Position numbers and translations under genes: made by a program
The notes under the pieces: model-generated
Databases searched by the model: none
What the model was told of the DNA's origin: nothing
Seen by the model: only the letters and a program-made list of their open reading frames with translations
Part shown: positions 48,106 to 57,533 of the stretch, piece after piece
Numbering within the stretch: the first letter of the stretch is position 1
Layout: every line of letters begins with the position of its first letter
Origin: a candidate division FCPU426 bacterium
Lineage (GTDB): Bacteria; Oederibacteriota; Muellerivitia; Muellerivitales; Muellerivitaceae
Assembly: GCA_963738405.1 (NCBI GenBank)
Contig: CAVTWJ010000009.1
Location: forward strand, 64,001 to 128,000
Reading direction: 5' to 3'
DNA length: 64,000 nt

Positions 48106-48540
48106 CTAGCGGATGATTCTTTCCCAATTTTCAATTTTTCCCGGAACCGCTCTAAAAGAAGGATGGGGTTGGGGTGACGTGATGGGGGGTAAAAGTTTCA
48201 GGCGCGAAGGGTCCCTTTGACGCAATTTTTTCCGCAGATGCCGCCTTTCGTACTGAAGTTGGCCCAGCGTGACTGGGATAGCCTTCGCTTTTATCGCTCC
48301 GGCCACCTTTTGGCGCTGGAAGGAATATCCCCGCTCCTTTGATTCATTCCAAATCTGGAACAGATACCATTTGATGGCGGCTTTGGGAGAAGGCTGGCTT
48401 TGAAAGCGTTCCAACTGGGGATGGTGACGATAGCCTTTGGTTTTACCTTGAAGGACCTTTTGGGCTAAAAGGCCTTCCCGCCAAAGGGCCACCAGGCCTT
48501 TCGCGTCCAGATACTTTGGATGAAGGGACCAAAGGCGCAT
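48106..48540 (-). CDS. Pyrimidine dimer DNA glycosylase/endonuclease V family protein
   Basis: MRLWSLHPKYLDAKGLVALWRE, GYRHHPQLERF. Confidence 0.88.
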   Translation of the reverse strand: MRLWSLHPKYLDAKGLVALWREGLLAQKVLQGKTKGYRHHPQLERFQSQPSPKAAIKWYLFQIWNESKERGYSFQRQKVAGAIKAKAIPVTLGQLQYERRHLRKKLRQRDPSRLKLLPPITSPQPHPSFRAVPGKIENWERIIR

Positions 48541-48559
48541 ACCTACGAGTCTCTTTTCA

Positions 48560-49135
48560 TTACCAATGGATTCCGGTAAAGGCGTAGATCCACCAGGTTC
48601 CCTGAAAAATCACGATGGTGAGGAGCAGGACCTGGACCCAGGACTGGATTCCCCGCTTATATAAAATCCACGCCGAGAGGCAGACCAGGGCCCATTCAAT
48701 GGTGGCGACGATGGCCCCGTGGTAGGCCGGTTCGTAATAGGAAAGGGGGCCGGAAAAGGTCCAACGGCTGAAGGGCACAAAATGCTCGTGAGGATAAACG
48801 GCGTGCACGAAAAAATCCTCAAAATCGTGCAAAAGCATGCTGAGGAAAAACACCCAACCCCATTCTTTCTTGAAAAGCAGGCAAACCAGAATACCCGTCA
48901 GGGCCAGGGGGATGGAATGGCCCCAGTCGATGAGGAAACGGTAGTAGGGGAAATAAAAAAAACGGCCTGGGAGGGAAAGGTGGAAAAGGCGCGAACCGGT
49001 GGGGATCAAAAAGAAAAACAAGATCATGGGCAGGTCGGGAAGGATGGCTCCTAAAACTGCGGGCCAATGGCGCTGGGGTTTGTCCTTACGGCCCAAAAGG
49101 GCGGCATTCAGGATGGCGTGGCTGGTGGTGATCAT
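48560..49135 (-). CDS. Membrane-bound metal-dependent hydrolase-like protein
   Basis: SHA, GAILPDL, HS, HDFED..H motifs with TM segments. Confidence 0.65.
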   Translation of the reverse strand: MITTSHAILNAALLGRKDKPQRHWPAVLGAILPDLPMILFFFLIPTGSRLFHLSLPGRFFYFPYYRFLIDWGHSIPLALTGILVCLLFKKEWGWVFFLSMLLHDFEDFFVHAVYPHEHFVPFSRWTFSGPLSYYEPAYHGAIVATIEWALVCLSAWILYKRGIQSWVQVLLLTIVIFQGTWWIYAFTGIHW

Positions 49136-49172
49136 GGAGCCGTATCGATTTCTTTGAAAGCCGTTGGGTCGA

Positions 49173-51176
49173 TCAGGCTTTAAGACTTTCCTTCGCCGCC
49201 GCCACCACGTTTTCGGGGGTGAACCCTAGGTTTTTCATGGCCACGGGGCCTGGGGCGCTGGCGCCAAAACGTTCCAGCGTCACGAAACGGCCCTTGTCCC
49301 CCGTCCAGCGGTGCCAGCCGAAGGAAGTGGCGGCTTCCACTACGACCCTGGCCTTTACCGAGGAAGGAAGAACTTCCTCTTGGTAGGAGGCGGGTTGGGA
49401 AGCGAAAAGTTCCAGCGAGGGGGCGCTGATGACGCGGGCGAATATACCTTCCCTCTCCAGCATTTCCTGGGCCTTGAGGCAAAGCTGAACCTCGGAACCG
49501 GTGCCGATCAACAACACTTGGGACTTGCCGCCCTTGGCTTCCGAAAGGGTGTAGGCGCCTTTTAAAAGACCCGAGGCCGAGGCGGTTTTAGACCGGTCAA
49601 AAGTGGGCACGGCTTGGCGGGTCAAGACGAGCGCAGTCGGGGCGCTTTTGCGCTCCAACGCCACCTTCCAGGCGTAGGAAACTTCGTTGGAATCGGCGGG
49701 GCGGATAATACAGGCGTTGGGAGTGGACCTCATGGCGGCTAGGGTTTCCACCGGCTGATGGGTGGGGCCATCTTCGCCCTGCCCGATGGAATCGTGCGTG
49801 AAAACGAAGATGGACTGAACGCCCATCAAGTGGGCCAGGCGGAAGGCGGGCTTCATATAGTCGTTGAACATGAGGAAAGTTCCGCCGAAGGCGATGACCC
49901 CGCCGTGCAGAGCCATGCCGTTAAGGGAAGCGGCCATGGCGTGTTCGCGGATGCCAAAATGGAAGATGCGGTTTTGGTACTGGCCAGCCTCAAAATCCCC
50001 GCCGCCCACGATATTGGTGTCGTTAGAACCCGCTAGGTCGGCGGAGCCACCGAAAAAGAAGGGAACTTCATTGGCGATGACGTTGAGGACCTTTCCGGAG
50101 GCCGAACGGGTGGCCAGGCCCTTTTCATCTGCAGGGAAAACCGGAAGTTTTGAATCCAAGTCCTTGGGAAGTTCCTTGGTCAGGGCCTGTTGAAAGAGGC
50201 TGAACTTTGCGGGGTCCGCCTTGGCGAAAGTGTCCCTCTTTTGGTTCCAATCCTGCTCCGCTTTTTTGCCTTTCTCAACTGATTCAAGGCAGCGTTGTTT
50301 GGCTTCCTCAGGGATGTAAAAGGCGGGTTCCTGCGGCCATTTGAAGAATTCCTTGGTGGCTTTCACGTGTTCAGCGGAAAGGGCGCTACCGTGGGCCTTG
50401 GCGCTGTCCTGAACCGGACTGCCGTAGCCGATGTGGCTTCGAACGGAGATAAGAGTGGGTCTTTCCTTTTCGGCCAGGGCTTCTTCCATGGCCTTTTCCA
50501 AGGCGCCAAGGTCGTTGGCGTCGGAGACCCGAAGGGTATGCCAGCCGTAGGATTCAAAACGCTTTAATACGTCCTCGCTGAAGGCAAGGTTGGTATCGCC
50601 CTCGATGGAAATGTGGTTGTCGTCGTAGATCACCTTGAGCCCGGAGAGCTTCAGATGCCCCGCAAGCGAACAGGATTCGTGGGAAACGCCTTCTTCCAAA
50701 TCGCCGTCGGAGGCAATGACCCAGGTGTTGTGGTTAACCAGTTCGTCGCCGAAGCGGGCGGCTAAAATGCGTTCCGCCATGGCCATCCCCACCGAGGTGG
50801 CGATGCCTTGGCCCAAGGGCCCCGTGGTAGTTTCGACGCCGACCGTATGGCCGTATTCGGGATGGCCGGGTGTCTTGCTGCCCCATTGGCGGAAATTTTT
50901 AAGGTCTTCCAGGGTCAAGCCGTAGCCGTGCAGGTGGAGCAGGGAATAGATCAGCATGGAACCGTGGCCCGCCGAAAGCACGAACCGGTCCCGGTTGAAC
51001 CAATGGGGGTTGGAAGGATTATGTTTCAGAATGCGGCTAAAGAGCACGTGGGCGACGGGAGCCATTCCCATGGGCATGCCGGGGTGGCCCGAGTTGGCCT
51101 TGAAGGTGGCGTCCACGGCCAGGAGGCGGATGCTATTGACGGCTAGTTGGTCGGCTTGGTCGAACGGTTTAGACAT
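49173..51176 (-). CDS. tkt: Transketolase
   Basis: [46 protein letters not shown]. Confidence 0.97.
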   Translation of the reverse strand: MSKPFDQADQLAVNSIRLLAVDATFKANSGHPGMPMGMAPVAHVLFSRILKHNPSNPHWFNRDRFVLSAGHGSMLIYSLLHLHGYGLTLEDLKNFRQWGSKTPGHPEYGHTVGVETTTGPLGQGIATSVGMAMAERILAARFGDELVNHNTWVIASDGDLEEGVSHESCSLAGHLKLSGLKVIYDDNHISIEGDTNLAFSEDVLKRFESYGWHTLRVSDANDLGALEKAMEEALAEKERPTLISVRSHIGYGSPVQDSAKAHGSALSAEHVKATKEFFKWPQEPAFYIPEEAKQRCLESVEKGKKAEQDWNQKRDTFAKADPAKFSLFQQALTKELPKDLDSKLPVFPADEKGLATRSASGKVLNVIANEVPFFFGGSADLAGSNDTNIVGGGDFEAGQYQNRIFHFGIREHAMAASLNGMALHGGVIAFGGTFLMFNDYMKPAFRLAHLMGVQSIFVFTHDSIGQGEDGPTHQPVETLAAMRSTPNACIIRPADSNEVSYAWKVALERKSAPTALVLTRQAVPTFDRSKTASASGLLKGAYTLSEAKGGKSQVLLIGTGSEVQLCLKAQEMLEREGIFARVISAPSLELFASQPASYQEEVLPSSVKARVVVEAATSFGWHRWTGDKGRFVTLERFGASAPGPVAMKNLGFTPENVVAAAKESLKA

Positions 51177-51315
51177 GATGTCCCCTTTGGGATTTGAAAA
51201 AGATTTCAGCGGATTCAAGAATCTCTTTAAAGAAGGGCACTATCTTAAAGGGAAGGTTTTCCCAAAGGAAGGGATGAAAAGTAAAACCCAAGAAAAAGAT
51301 GGGCGGAAAATTTCG

Positions 51316-51762
51316 TCAGATCTTCTGGCGGTTGGTGTATCCCCCTTCGAGGGGATGCCAGTGGGCAACTTCTTTTTCGTCTTCCCGCCAGCATAAAAAC
51401 ACGATTTCAGGGCCGCGGCGGCTGTAAAAATCCACCAAGCCTGATTCCAGATCTTTTATGAAAACGCCCTGGGTTTGGAGTTCCTCCAGCAGACTCTCAA
51501 AGTGACGGCTGAGATCCTGCAAGGCGCCCATCTGGGTGGCGATGGCGGCTTCGGCGGCGGAGGTCAGCACATTATTGGGACCGGAACCGGTCATTTCCTC
51601 GATTTGGATCTGGGCCTCGACCCGGAGAACCCTCTGCCGCAGCTCGCGAAGGGCGGCCAGCGCGCGGCGGACCCGTGGAATAAGCGAATTGGCTTCGTCG
51701 ACCGAAATGAGTTTGATCGGAATTTCACCTGGGTTCATGGGGGTAAGGCTCCTTTCTTTCAT
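51316..51762 (-). CDS. DUF2203-family protein
   Basis: EANSLIP, GVFIKDLESGLVDF, LCWREDE..HWH..GGY..R. Confidence 0.85.
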   Translation of the reverse strand: MKERSLTPMNPGEIPIKLISVDEANSLIPRVRRALAALRELRQRVLRVEAQIQIEEMTGSGPNNVLTSAAEAAIATQMGALQDLSRHFESLLEELQTQGVFIKDLESGLVDFYSRRGPEIVFLCWREDEKEVAHWHPLEGGYTNRQKI

Positions 51763-51779
51763 TTTAAGATTTGCCTAAG

Positions 51780-52799
51780 ATGCCAACAAGGGAAAAACGG
51801 GAGACAATTTTGGGATACGGGAAAATTATCCGGAGGATCATGGAATATGGCGTCTTGGCGCCGTCGGTTTATAACAGCCAGCCCTGGCTTTTTCAACCGG
51901 ATGAGAAGCGGGGAAGTTTAGACCTTTATGCCGACTTGAAAAGAGCCAGGCCGGTTGGCATCGACCCCCAGTTACGTGATTTATACCTGGCACTGGGAGC
52001 CTGTGCCGAATTCATGGCGATCGCGGCCTCGGGTTTGGGATGGGCGGCGGAAGTTATTCCCTTTCCTCGAGGTAAGGAGGTGTCGAATACCGCGGCAAGA
52101 TTGGTTTTCAAGCCGCAGGATGATGTGGAACCTGAGGAGATATTTTCTGCCCTTTTAACCCGGCAAACCCATGGCGGGCCCTATCAAAATGATCCGGTGG
52201 GGGAGGTGCGTTTAGAAAGACTTCGGAAGATATCATCCCCAACGGATCAAGAGCATCTGGAGTTCTTAACCGATCCCAAGGACCTGGAGGCTTTCCGTCG
52301 GTTCCATGAGGATCTGGGCCAAGCGGTTCTTAAGCGGGAGGATCTTATTCAGGAGGCGCAAGGCTGGGCCCGAAAAGATTCCAATGCCCTGGACGGGATT
52401 TCTTTTTCTTCCGCGGGATTGAATCCTGGCCCTCTTTTGTCCCTTCTCCCCCTGGCTTGGGAAAGGAAGGCGGCCCGCAGGATGATCTTACAAAGCCAAG
52501 GAGGCACGACCTCGGCTTATATTTACATGAGCACTTCCCAACCGGGTCCGGAAGCTTATTTTCGATCGGGCCGTTGGCAGGCCCGCTTGCGGCTGACCTT
52601 GACGGTGCTGGAGCTGGCTTGTGAAGGTTTGAATCTTCCCCTCACTTTCGACGAAAGCCAACCGGCGCTTTTTAACTTATTAAACATTCCTAGTGGCGAA
52701 CGGCTTTTGTGGTTTGCCCGTATCGGCTCTCCTCTTCAAAAACACTGGCCCCGGACCCAACGACGAGATCCGGCGCAGTGCCTGTTAACCCCGAATTAA
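51780..52799 (+). CDS. Acg-type nitroreductase-family protein
   Basis: LAPSVYNSQPW, DP..RDLYLALGAC, RQTHGGPY, GR.QARLRL. Confidence 0.8.
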   Translation: MPTREKRETILGYGKIIRRIMEYGVLAPSVYNSQPWLFQPDEKRGSLDLYADLKRARPVGIDPQLRDLYLALGACAEFMAIAASGLGWAAEVIPFPRGKEVSNTAARLVFKPQDDVEPEEIFSALLTRQTHGGPYQNDPVGEVRLERLRKISSPTDQEHLEFLTDPKDLEAFRRFHEDLGQAVLKREDLIQEAQGWARKDSNALDGISFSSAGLNPGPLLSLLPLAWERKAARRMILQSQGGTTSAYIYMSTSQPGPEAYFRSGRWQARLRLTLTVLELACEGLNLPLTFDESQPALFNLLNIPSGERLLWFARIGSPLQKHWPRTQRRDPAQCLLTPN

Positions 52800-52869
52800 T
52801 CTTTCTACCCTGGATATTTAAGAACCCCAGTACAAGGATGGGGGGCCGTAAAAAAATGCGTTTCATCTG

Positions 52870-52898
52870 TTGACAATTAATTCCAATTGGAATAGTTT
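52870..52898 (+). promoter_or_regulatory. Sigma70 promoter with palindromic operator in the spacer
   Basis: TTGACA-17 bp-TAGTTT; ATTCCAATTGGAAT perfect palindrome at 52880-52893. Confidence 0.7.
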
Positions 52899-52905
52899 AC
52901 CATCC

Positions 52906-53379
52906 ATGAAATCGCCCCAATTCACTCAGGAAAAGATGGCCCGCTTCGAGCAATTGTGCCGGGAACAGGGTGTTCCCTTAACGGTTCAGCGCCGTGTGAT
53001 TTTGGAGTCCCTGGCCGTCCGAGAGGATCACCCTACCGCCGATCAAATTTTCGAGGATGTAGCTTCCAAACTTCCCGGTTTGTCCCGAACCACCATTTAC
53101 CGGGTTTTGGAAACCCTGGTGGGTTTGGGCGTCATCCATAAGGCGATCCACTTGGGTTCGGCCGCCCGATACGATCCCAATACCGAGCGGCATCACCATC
53201 TGACTTGTCTTTCCTGCCACCAAGTGGTGGATCTGGAAGAAGCCGCACTTCCTTCTTTGAAGCTTTCTTCCTCGAAGGCTGGGGATTTTGAGATTTTGGA
53301 TTACTCGGTGCATTTCCGGGGATATTGCAGGAATTGCGCTAAAAATAAAGCCCGTAATAAATTGCCTTCGCGGGCCTAA
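52906..53379 (+). CDS. Fur-family regulator, PerR-like
   Basis: TVQRRVI, HPTAD, TIYRVL, HHHLTCLSC..D, CRNC; directly upstream of a peroxiredoxin. Confidence 0.9.
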   Translation: MKSPQFTQEKMARFEQLCREQGVPLTVQRRVILESLAVREDHPTADQIFEDVASKLPGLSRTTIYRVLETLVGLGVIHKAIHLGSAARYDPNTERHHHLTCLSCHQVVDLEEAALPSLKLSSSKAGDFEILDYSVHFRGYCRNCAKNKARNKLPSRA

Positions 53380-53548
53380 AAGAAGTTTCCGTTCCCTGCG
53401 GGATGACCGGATTTCCGGACTTTCCCCGTAGGAGGGATGGATATCAGGGAAAGGGCCTCCTCGGGAGGCCCGCCCAAAACAAACCGGCCTTGGTGGGGTG
53501 AAAACCGCCAGGGCCATAATCACCTGTTTATTATTCAAGGAGGACGTC

Positions 53549-54073
53549 ATGTCAGTTCAAGTGGGACAAAGAGCGCCGGATTTTCAGGGCCAGGCCCTTA
53601 TGCCGAACGGCGAATTCAAGGAAGTAAAGCTTTCCGACTACAAGGGCAAGTGGGTGGTGTTGTTCTTTTACCCGCTCGATTTCACCTTCGTCTGCCCGAC
53701 TGAAATCCAAGGCTTCAATGAGAAGTACGAGGAATTTAAAAAGATGGGGGCAGAAGTGATCACCTGCTCTACCGACAGCGTGTACAGCCACAAGGCTTGG
53801 CAGGAATCGCCCACCTTGGGCAAGCTGAAGTTCCCTCATTTGGCGGACACGGCGCACCATATTTCCCGCGCCTACGGCGTCTTGATCGAGGAGAAGGGTA
53901 TCGCCTTGCGCGGCACCTTCGTCATTGACCCCGAGGGGAATTTGAAACACGCCACCATCAACGATACGGCTGTCGGCCGCAACGTGGACGAAACGATCCG
54001 TACCTTGGCGGCTTTTGAGACCGGAAAATTGACAGGCTGCAATTGGACGCCTGGTTCCAAAACGCTGAATTAA
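53549..54073 (+). CDS. ahpC: 2-Cys peroxiredoxin (AhpC/TSA)
   Basis: FFYPLDFTFVCPTE, LRGTF, GRNVDE, CNW; RBS AAGGAGG. Confidence 0.93.
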   Translation: MSVQVGQRAPDFQGQALMPNGEFKEVKLSDYKGKWVVLFFYPLDFTFVCPTEIQGFNEKYEEFKKMGAEVITCSTDSVYSHKAWQESPTLGKLKFPHLADTAHHISRAYGVLIEEKGIALRGTFVIDPEGNLKHATINDTAVGRNVDETIRTLAAFETGKLTGCNWTPGSKTLN

Positions 54074-54090
54074 ACTTTTATAGAAGGTAT

Positions 54091-54127
54091 AAAGGGGGGG
54101 CCTTTCGAGGTCTCCCCTTTTTTATTT
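54091..54127 (+). terminator. Intrinsic terminator after ahpC
   Basis: AAAGGGGGGGCCT-TTCG-AGGTCTCCCCTTT then T-rich tail. Confidence 0.85.
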
Positions 54128-54157
54128 CATTGTTAGATATAAAGCGAGGGCGTTCTT

Positions 54158-55288
54158 TTGATACTCATTTCAATTTTTGCGTACCTAGTTTCGGCTTGGA
54201 TGGTTTTTTGCGCATGGGAAAATATCCGATTTTTTGAAAGGGTTCCACCCACCGATGGGATTCAAAAGAAATGGCCGAAGGTTTCCATACTGATTCCTGC
54301 CCGCAACGAGGAAAAAAGAATCCGGCCCCTCATTGAAAGCCTCCTTCGACAGGATTATCCCAACTATGAAATTTTGGTTTTAGACGATAGGTCGACCGAC
54401 CAAACTTTGAAACTACTGCTCACCTACGCGCGAAAACACAAAAACTTAAGGGTGATAACGGGGAAGGAGCTTCCTTCAGGCTGGTTGGGCAAGCCCTGGG
54501 CCTGTCATCAACTATCCCAAAAAGCGAAAGGGGATTGGTTTCTTTATACCGACGCGGATACCTGGCATGGCCCAGACATGTTGAAGCGGTCGATTCAATT
54601 TTCCGAAAAAAAGAACGCGGACGCCCTTTCCCTGATGAACGAACAGGTCACGGAATCATGGATGGAAAAGTTGGTGGTGCCGGTAATGGTCTATTCGCTA
54701 GTGGCCTATCTGCCGGGTTCCTGGGCCTTGAATCCCCAAAGTCCATTTCGAAAATTCGCGGGAGTGGGAGGGCAATTTATTCTAGTCCGGAAAAAAGTCT
54801 ACAGGGACATTGGCGGACATTTTTCTGTCAAAAACGAAATAGTGGAAGATTTAAGTTTTGGAAGGGAATTGGTAAAAGGGAGTTATCGGGTCGTGTTGGG
54901 GAATGGAAGTGATTTCACTTTTTGCCGGATGTACGCGGATGCCCGGGAAGTTTGGGAAGGCTTTTCGAAAAACATGTTTCCGGCCGCAGGCTTTTCGCTT
55001 CCCCGTATGGCCGCAATACTGTTAGTGCTTCTTGGAATAGGCATCGCGCCCTTTATCGGTTTGACTTGGGGGAGCGCTTCCCCCTTATTTTTCCCTTGTC
55101 TGGCCCTGGTTTTATCTCAATGGGGCATCCGCCTGACTCATGCGGTTTGTTACAGAATGAACCGGATTTCCGTTTTATTCCATCCTTTGGGGTCGTTTCT
55201 CTTCGCCCTCATCGGAATCAACTCAATTCTATGGTTTTGGCTGGGCCGAGGACGATGGAAAGGAAGAAAGCTAGGATTGCCGTCCTAG
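54158..55288 (+). CDS. Family 2 glycosyltransferase (carotenoid/hopanoid glycosyltransferase-like)
   Basis: IPARNEE, DDRSTD, GWLGKPWAC, TDAD, EIVED, RMY, GFSKN, WKGR. Confidence 0.88.
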   Translation: MILISIFAYLVSAWMVFCAWENIRFFERVPPTDGIQKKWPKVSILIPARNEEKRIRPLIESLLRQDYPNYEILVLDDRSTDQTLKLLLTYARKHKNLRVITGKELPSGWLGKPWACHQLSQKAKGDWFLYTDADTWHGPDMLKRSIQFSEKKNADALSLMNEQVTESWMEKLVVPVMVYSLVAYLPGSWALNPQSPFRKFAGVGGQFILVRKKVYRDIGGHFSVKNEIVEDLSFGRELVKGSYRVVLGNGSDFTFCRMYADAREVWEGFSKNMFPAAGFSLPRMAAILLVLLGIGIAPFIGLTWGSASPLFFPCLALVLSQWGIRLTHAVCYRMNRISVLFHPLGSFLFALIGINSILWFWLGRGRWKGRKLGLPS

Positions 55289-55302
55289 GGTAAATCGGTC
55301 AT

Positions 55303-55752
55303 TTATTTAGAAGATGGCGGGGTTTGCTTCTTTTTGGCAATTTCTTGCTGAACCATATGGATCCAATCCTTCACATCGGGCCCATGGCTTGCCGATGGGG
55401 GTGTTGGGATCAATGGCCTGCTGATAGGGCTTTTAGAAGGACTGGGGGAAGCGGTTCGAGCCGTTTCACGAGTGATATCCACATAGGTTTTCTGAAGGTC
55501 TTCCAAAACCTCCCTCAATACCTTTTTTTCCTCAATGTTCAGGTTTCCGGAGGTCTTTTTAACAAGCGAGGTAATCATATTTATGGTGATACGGGCGCGC
55601 GCTAGGTTGAGGTCTTTGTCTTTGTAATAAGGGTGGGGAATCTCGCCCAAGTCGATTTTGACCGAGGAAGCCAGCATGACGACTAAGTCAATGAAGTAGT
55701 AATCGGTAATACCCCAGTCCCGATTATTTTTTGATTGAAGGGGTTCGGCCAT
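55303..55752 (-). CDS. DUF1844-like protein
   Basis: LGEIPHP..LNLARARITI..KTSGNL..EE..L..L..Y pattern. Confidence 0.7.
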   Translation of the reverse strand: MAEPLQSKNNRDWGITDYYFIDLVVMLASSVKIDLGEIPHPYYKDKDLNLARARITINMITSLVKKTSGNLNIEEKKVLREVLEDLQKTYVDITRETARTASPSPSKSPISRPLIPTPPSASHGPDVKDWIHMVQQEIAKKKQTPPSSK

Positions 55753-55797
55753 TTGAAAACTCCCTAAAAAGGCGATTTGGGGGAATTGGATAAATCT

Positions 55798-56433
55798 TTA
55801 ATCCCTATCGCCGCAAAACATCCGAACAGCATCAACCCAGGCATTATCGTCACCGCCGGTTTTTCCCTGAATTTGATGATAATCCTGTTTGGATAGGAAT
55901 TCATTCAAATCTTTTTTGAGGTTTTCCAGGGCTCTTAAGGCTGTTTCTTGAAAATCTTTCAATAAAGGTTTGGAGGGCATTTGGCGAAGGACGGTTTTCA
56001 AATGGGGCAGGCAAAGGATCCCCTTTTCCTTAAAAACACTTCTCAGTTGATCGGATCGGAGCCAACTATGGGCGAATTGATTGGAATAGACCCGGTCGCA
56101 GGAGGATTCGGATTCGCAAATGGGACAGATTTTTTTTTGCAAGATACGCCAAAACCTGGGCGGGCGTTGGAATGCCTCGAGTTCCTTATCCCATAGTCCT
56201 GAATAAATGGCCGCCATGCTTAGGGATTGGCGCTGTTGAACTCCCTGCCATGCGTGACGCCGACAGAAACCCTTGGAAAAGTAAAGGCGGTCGCGGGTGT
56301 GGGGATCGGTGATGCTTTCATCCAAGAGGGATTTTAAATGGTCAAAGCCGTATTGACGCACAAGAAAACAAAGGGGACAGCGTCTGGGTTGAAGAGCTTC
56401 GATAAACCGTTCAGGATCCGACGGAACGGTCAT
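55798..56433 (-). CDS. DUF6062-like Cys/His-rich protein
   Basis: CPLC, GFCRRH, CPIC, LCLPH, KQDY. Confidence 0.75.
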   Translation of the reverse strand: MTVPSDPERFIEALQPRRCPLCFLVRQYGFDHLKSLLDESITDPHTRDRLYFSKGFCRRHAWQGVQQRQSLSMAAIYSGLWDKELEAFQRPPRFWRILQKKICPICESESSCDRVYSNQFAHSWLRSDQLRSVFKEKGILCLPHLKTVLRQMPSKPLLKDFQETALRALENLKKDLNEFLSKQDYHQIQGKTGGDDNAWVDAVRMFCGDRD

Positions 56434-56452
56434 TAGGCGATCCTGAAAGGGG

Positions 56453-57082
56453 TTAAAAGAGTTTTCGGTTCCAGAAAGAGGTCTTTTTTGATTCGGTCAG
56501 GTTTCTCCTGGCGGTGAAACCACTCACCGGAGACAGCCCGCCCACAGGCGGCTGGGGCTGGTAAGGAGTTTCATCCTCGCGACGATGAGACCAATACCAA
56601 TAGGCCCCTCCGCCTAGAACCGCGAGAACAATCAGCCAAATGAACCAATGGGAACCTTTAGGCTTGTTATTCGTGCTGGCATCCATGGGGGGTTGGGATT
56701 GTTGGGAAGACGTGGGGGTGGAGTTACTCGAAATCGCGGCGCTTGTCTCGGGTGTGGGGGTCGTGATCACCTGGACGGTTTGCACCGACTGCGGACCCTT
56801 AACCCTTGCGATTTTTTCCTTGTAGGAACGGGCGACTGATCTTTCAACGGGACGGTTTGGCGTATCAAAGTTAAAGCCCGTCTTTGGGTTGGAGGAAACT
56901 TCGGAACCGTTTGGAGAGGGTCCCATATTGATTGCGGCATTAGGCGTAGCGGAGGTTTCGGCATTTAGAACAGTTTCAGGGGTTTTTTGCCCTTTGATTT
57001 CATTGCCGCCACAAGCCGGTAATAATAAAGTGCAAGCGATCAAAAGCAGGAACGATGGCATGAGAGAAAAATAGCGGTTCAA
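56453..57082 (-). CDS. Hypothetical lipoprotein with C-terminal TM helix
   Basis: LPAC lipobox, Ser/Thr/Pro-rich body, TM near C-terminus; start may be ATG 57061. Confidence 0.6.
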   Translation of the reverse strand: MNRYFSLMPSFLLLIACTLLLPACGGNEIKGQKTPETVLNAETSATPNAAINMGPSPNGSEVSSNPKTGFNFDTPNRPVERSVARSYKEKIARVKGPQSVQTVQVITTPTPETSAAISSNSTPTSSQQSQPPMDASTNNKPKGSHWFIWLIVLAVLGGGAYWYWSHRREDETPYQPQPPVGGLSPVSGFTARRNLTESKKTSFWNRKLF

Positions 57083-57248
57083 AAAAGACTCCCTGAAAAT
57101 CGATTTTTCTTATTTTAACTTAATATTTGCCGAAACTGGAGAAGGAAATGAAGCTGAGGGACACCATACCTGGGGTTCGAACCTTACTGCAAAGGATATG
57201 CAGTAGGAAAAGGAACAATGTTTTCTGTGGCAGGAATAATTGAAAATA

Positions 57249-57340
57249 TGGCGGAGAGGGAGGGATTCGAACCCTCGAGAGGGTGTTACCCCTCCAACGG
57301 TTTAGCAAACCGTCGCCTTAAGCCGCTCGGCCACCTCTCC
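57249..57340 (-). tRNA. tRNA-Ser (anticodon GCT)
   Basis: GGAGAGG acceptor, ACGGT-TTGCTAA-ACCGT anticodon arm, long variable arm, GGTTCGAATCC, GCCA end. Confidence 0.96.
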
Positions 57341-57410
57341 ACGCGGTAAGAAATGATTCAAACGCGATGCACCCTTAAAGGTGGAGTCGCGTAAAATTTT
57401 TTAAAATGAT

Positions 57411-57497
57411 TGGCGGAGGGTGCAGGACTCGAACCTGCAAGGGGTTTCCCCCGGTGGATTTCAAGTCCACTGCCTTACCAATTAGGACTAACCCTCC
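57411..57497 (-). tRNA. tRNA-Ser (anticodon TGA)
   Basis: GGAGGGT acceptor, GTGGA-CTTGAAA-TCCAC anticodon arm, variable arm, GGTTCGAGTCC, GCCA end. Confidence 0.95.
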
Positions 57498-57533
57498 ATC
57501 TCCACTAAAACCTTACGGCACAATGTTTTCGAA

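Noticed and set aside
57165..57190. GGGGTTCGAACCT as a tRNA fragment/att scar
   Set aside because: Only a T-loop-like word; does not match the 3' end of either tRNA-Ser
57411..57497. Selenocysteine or suppressor tRNA
   Set aside because: Anticodon is TGA (reads UCA, Ser), not TCA; acceptor stem is the normal 7 bp
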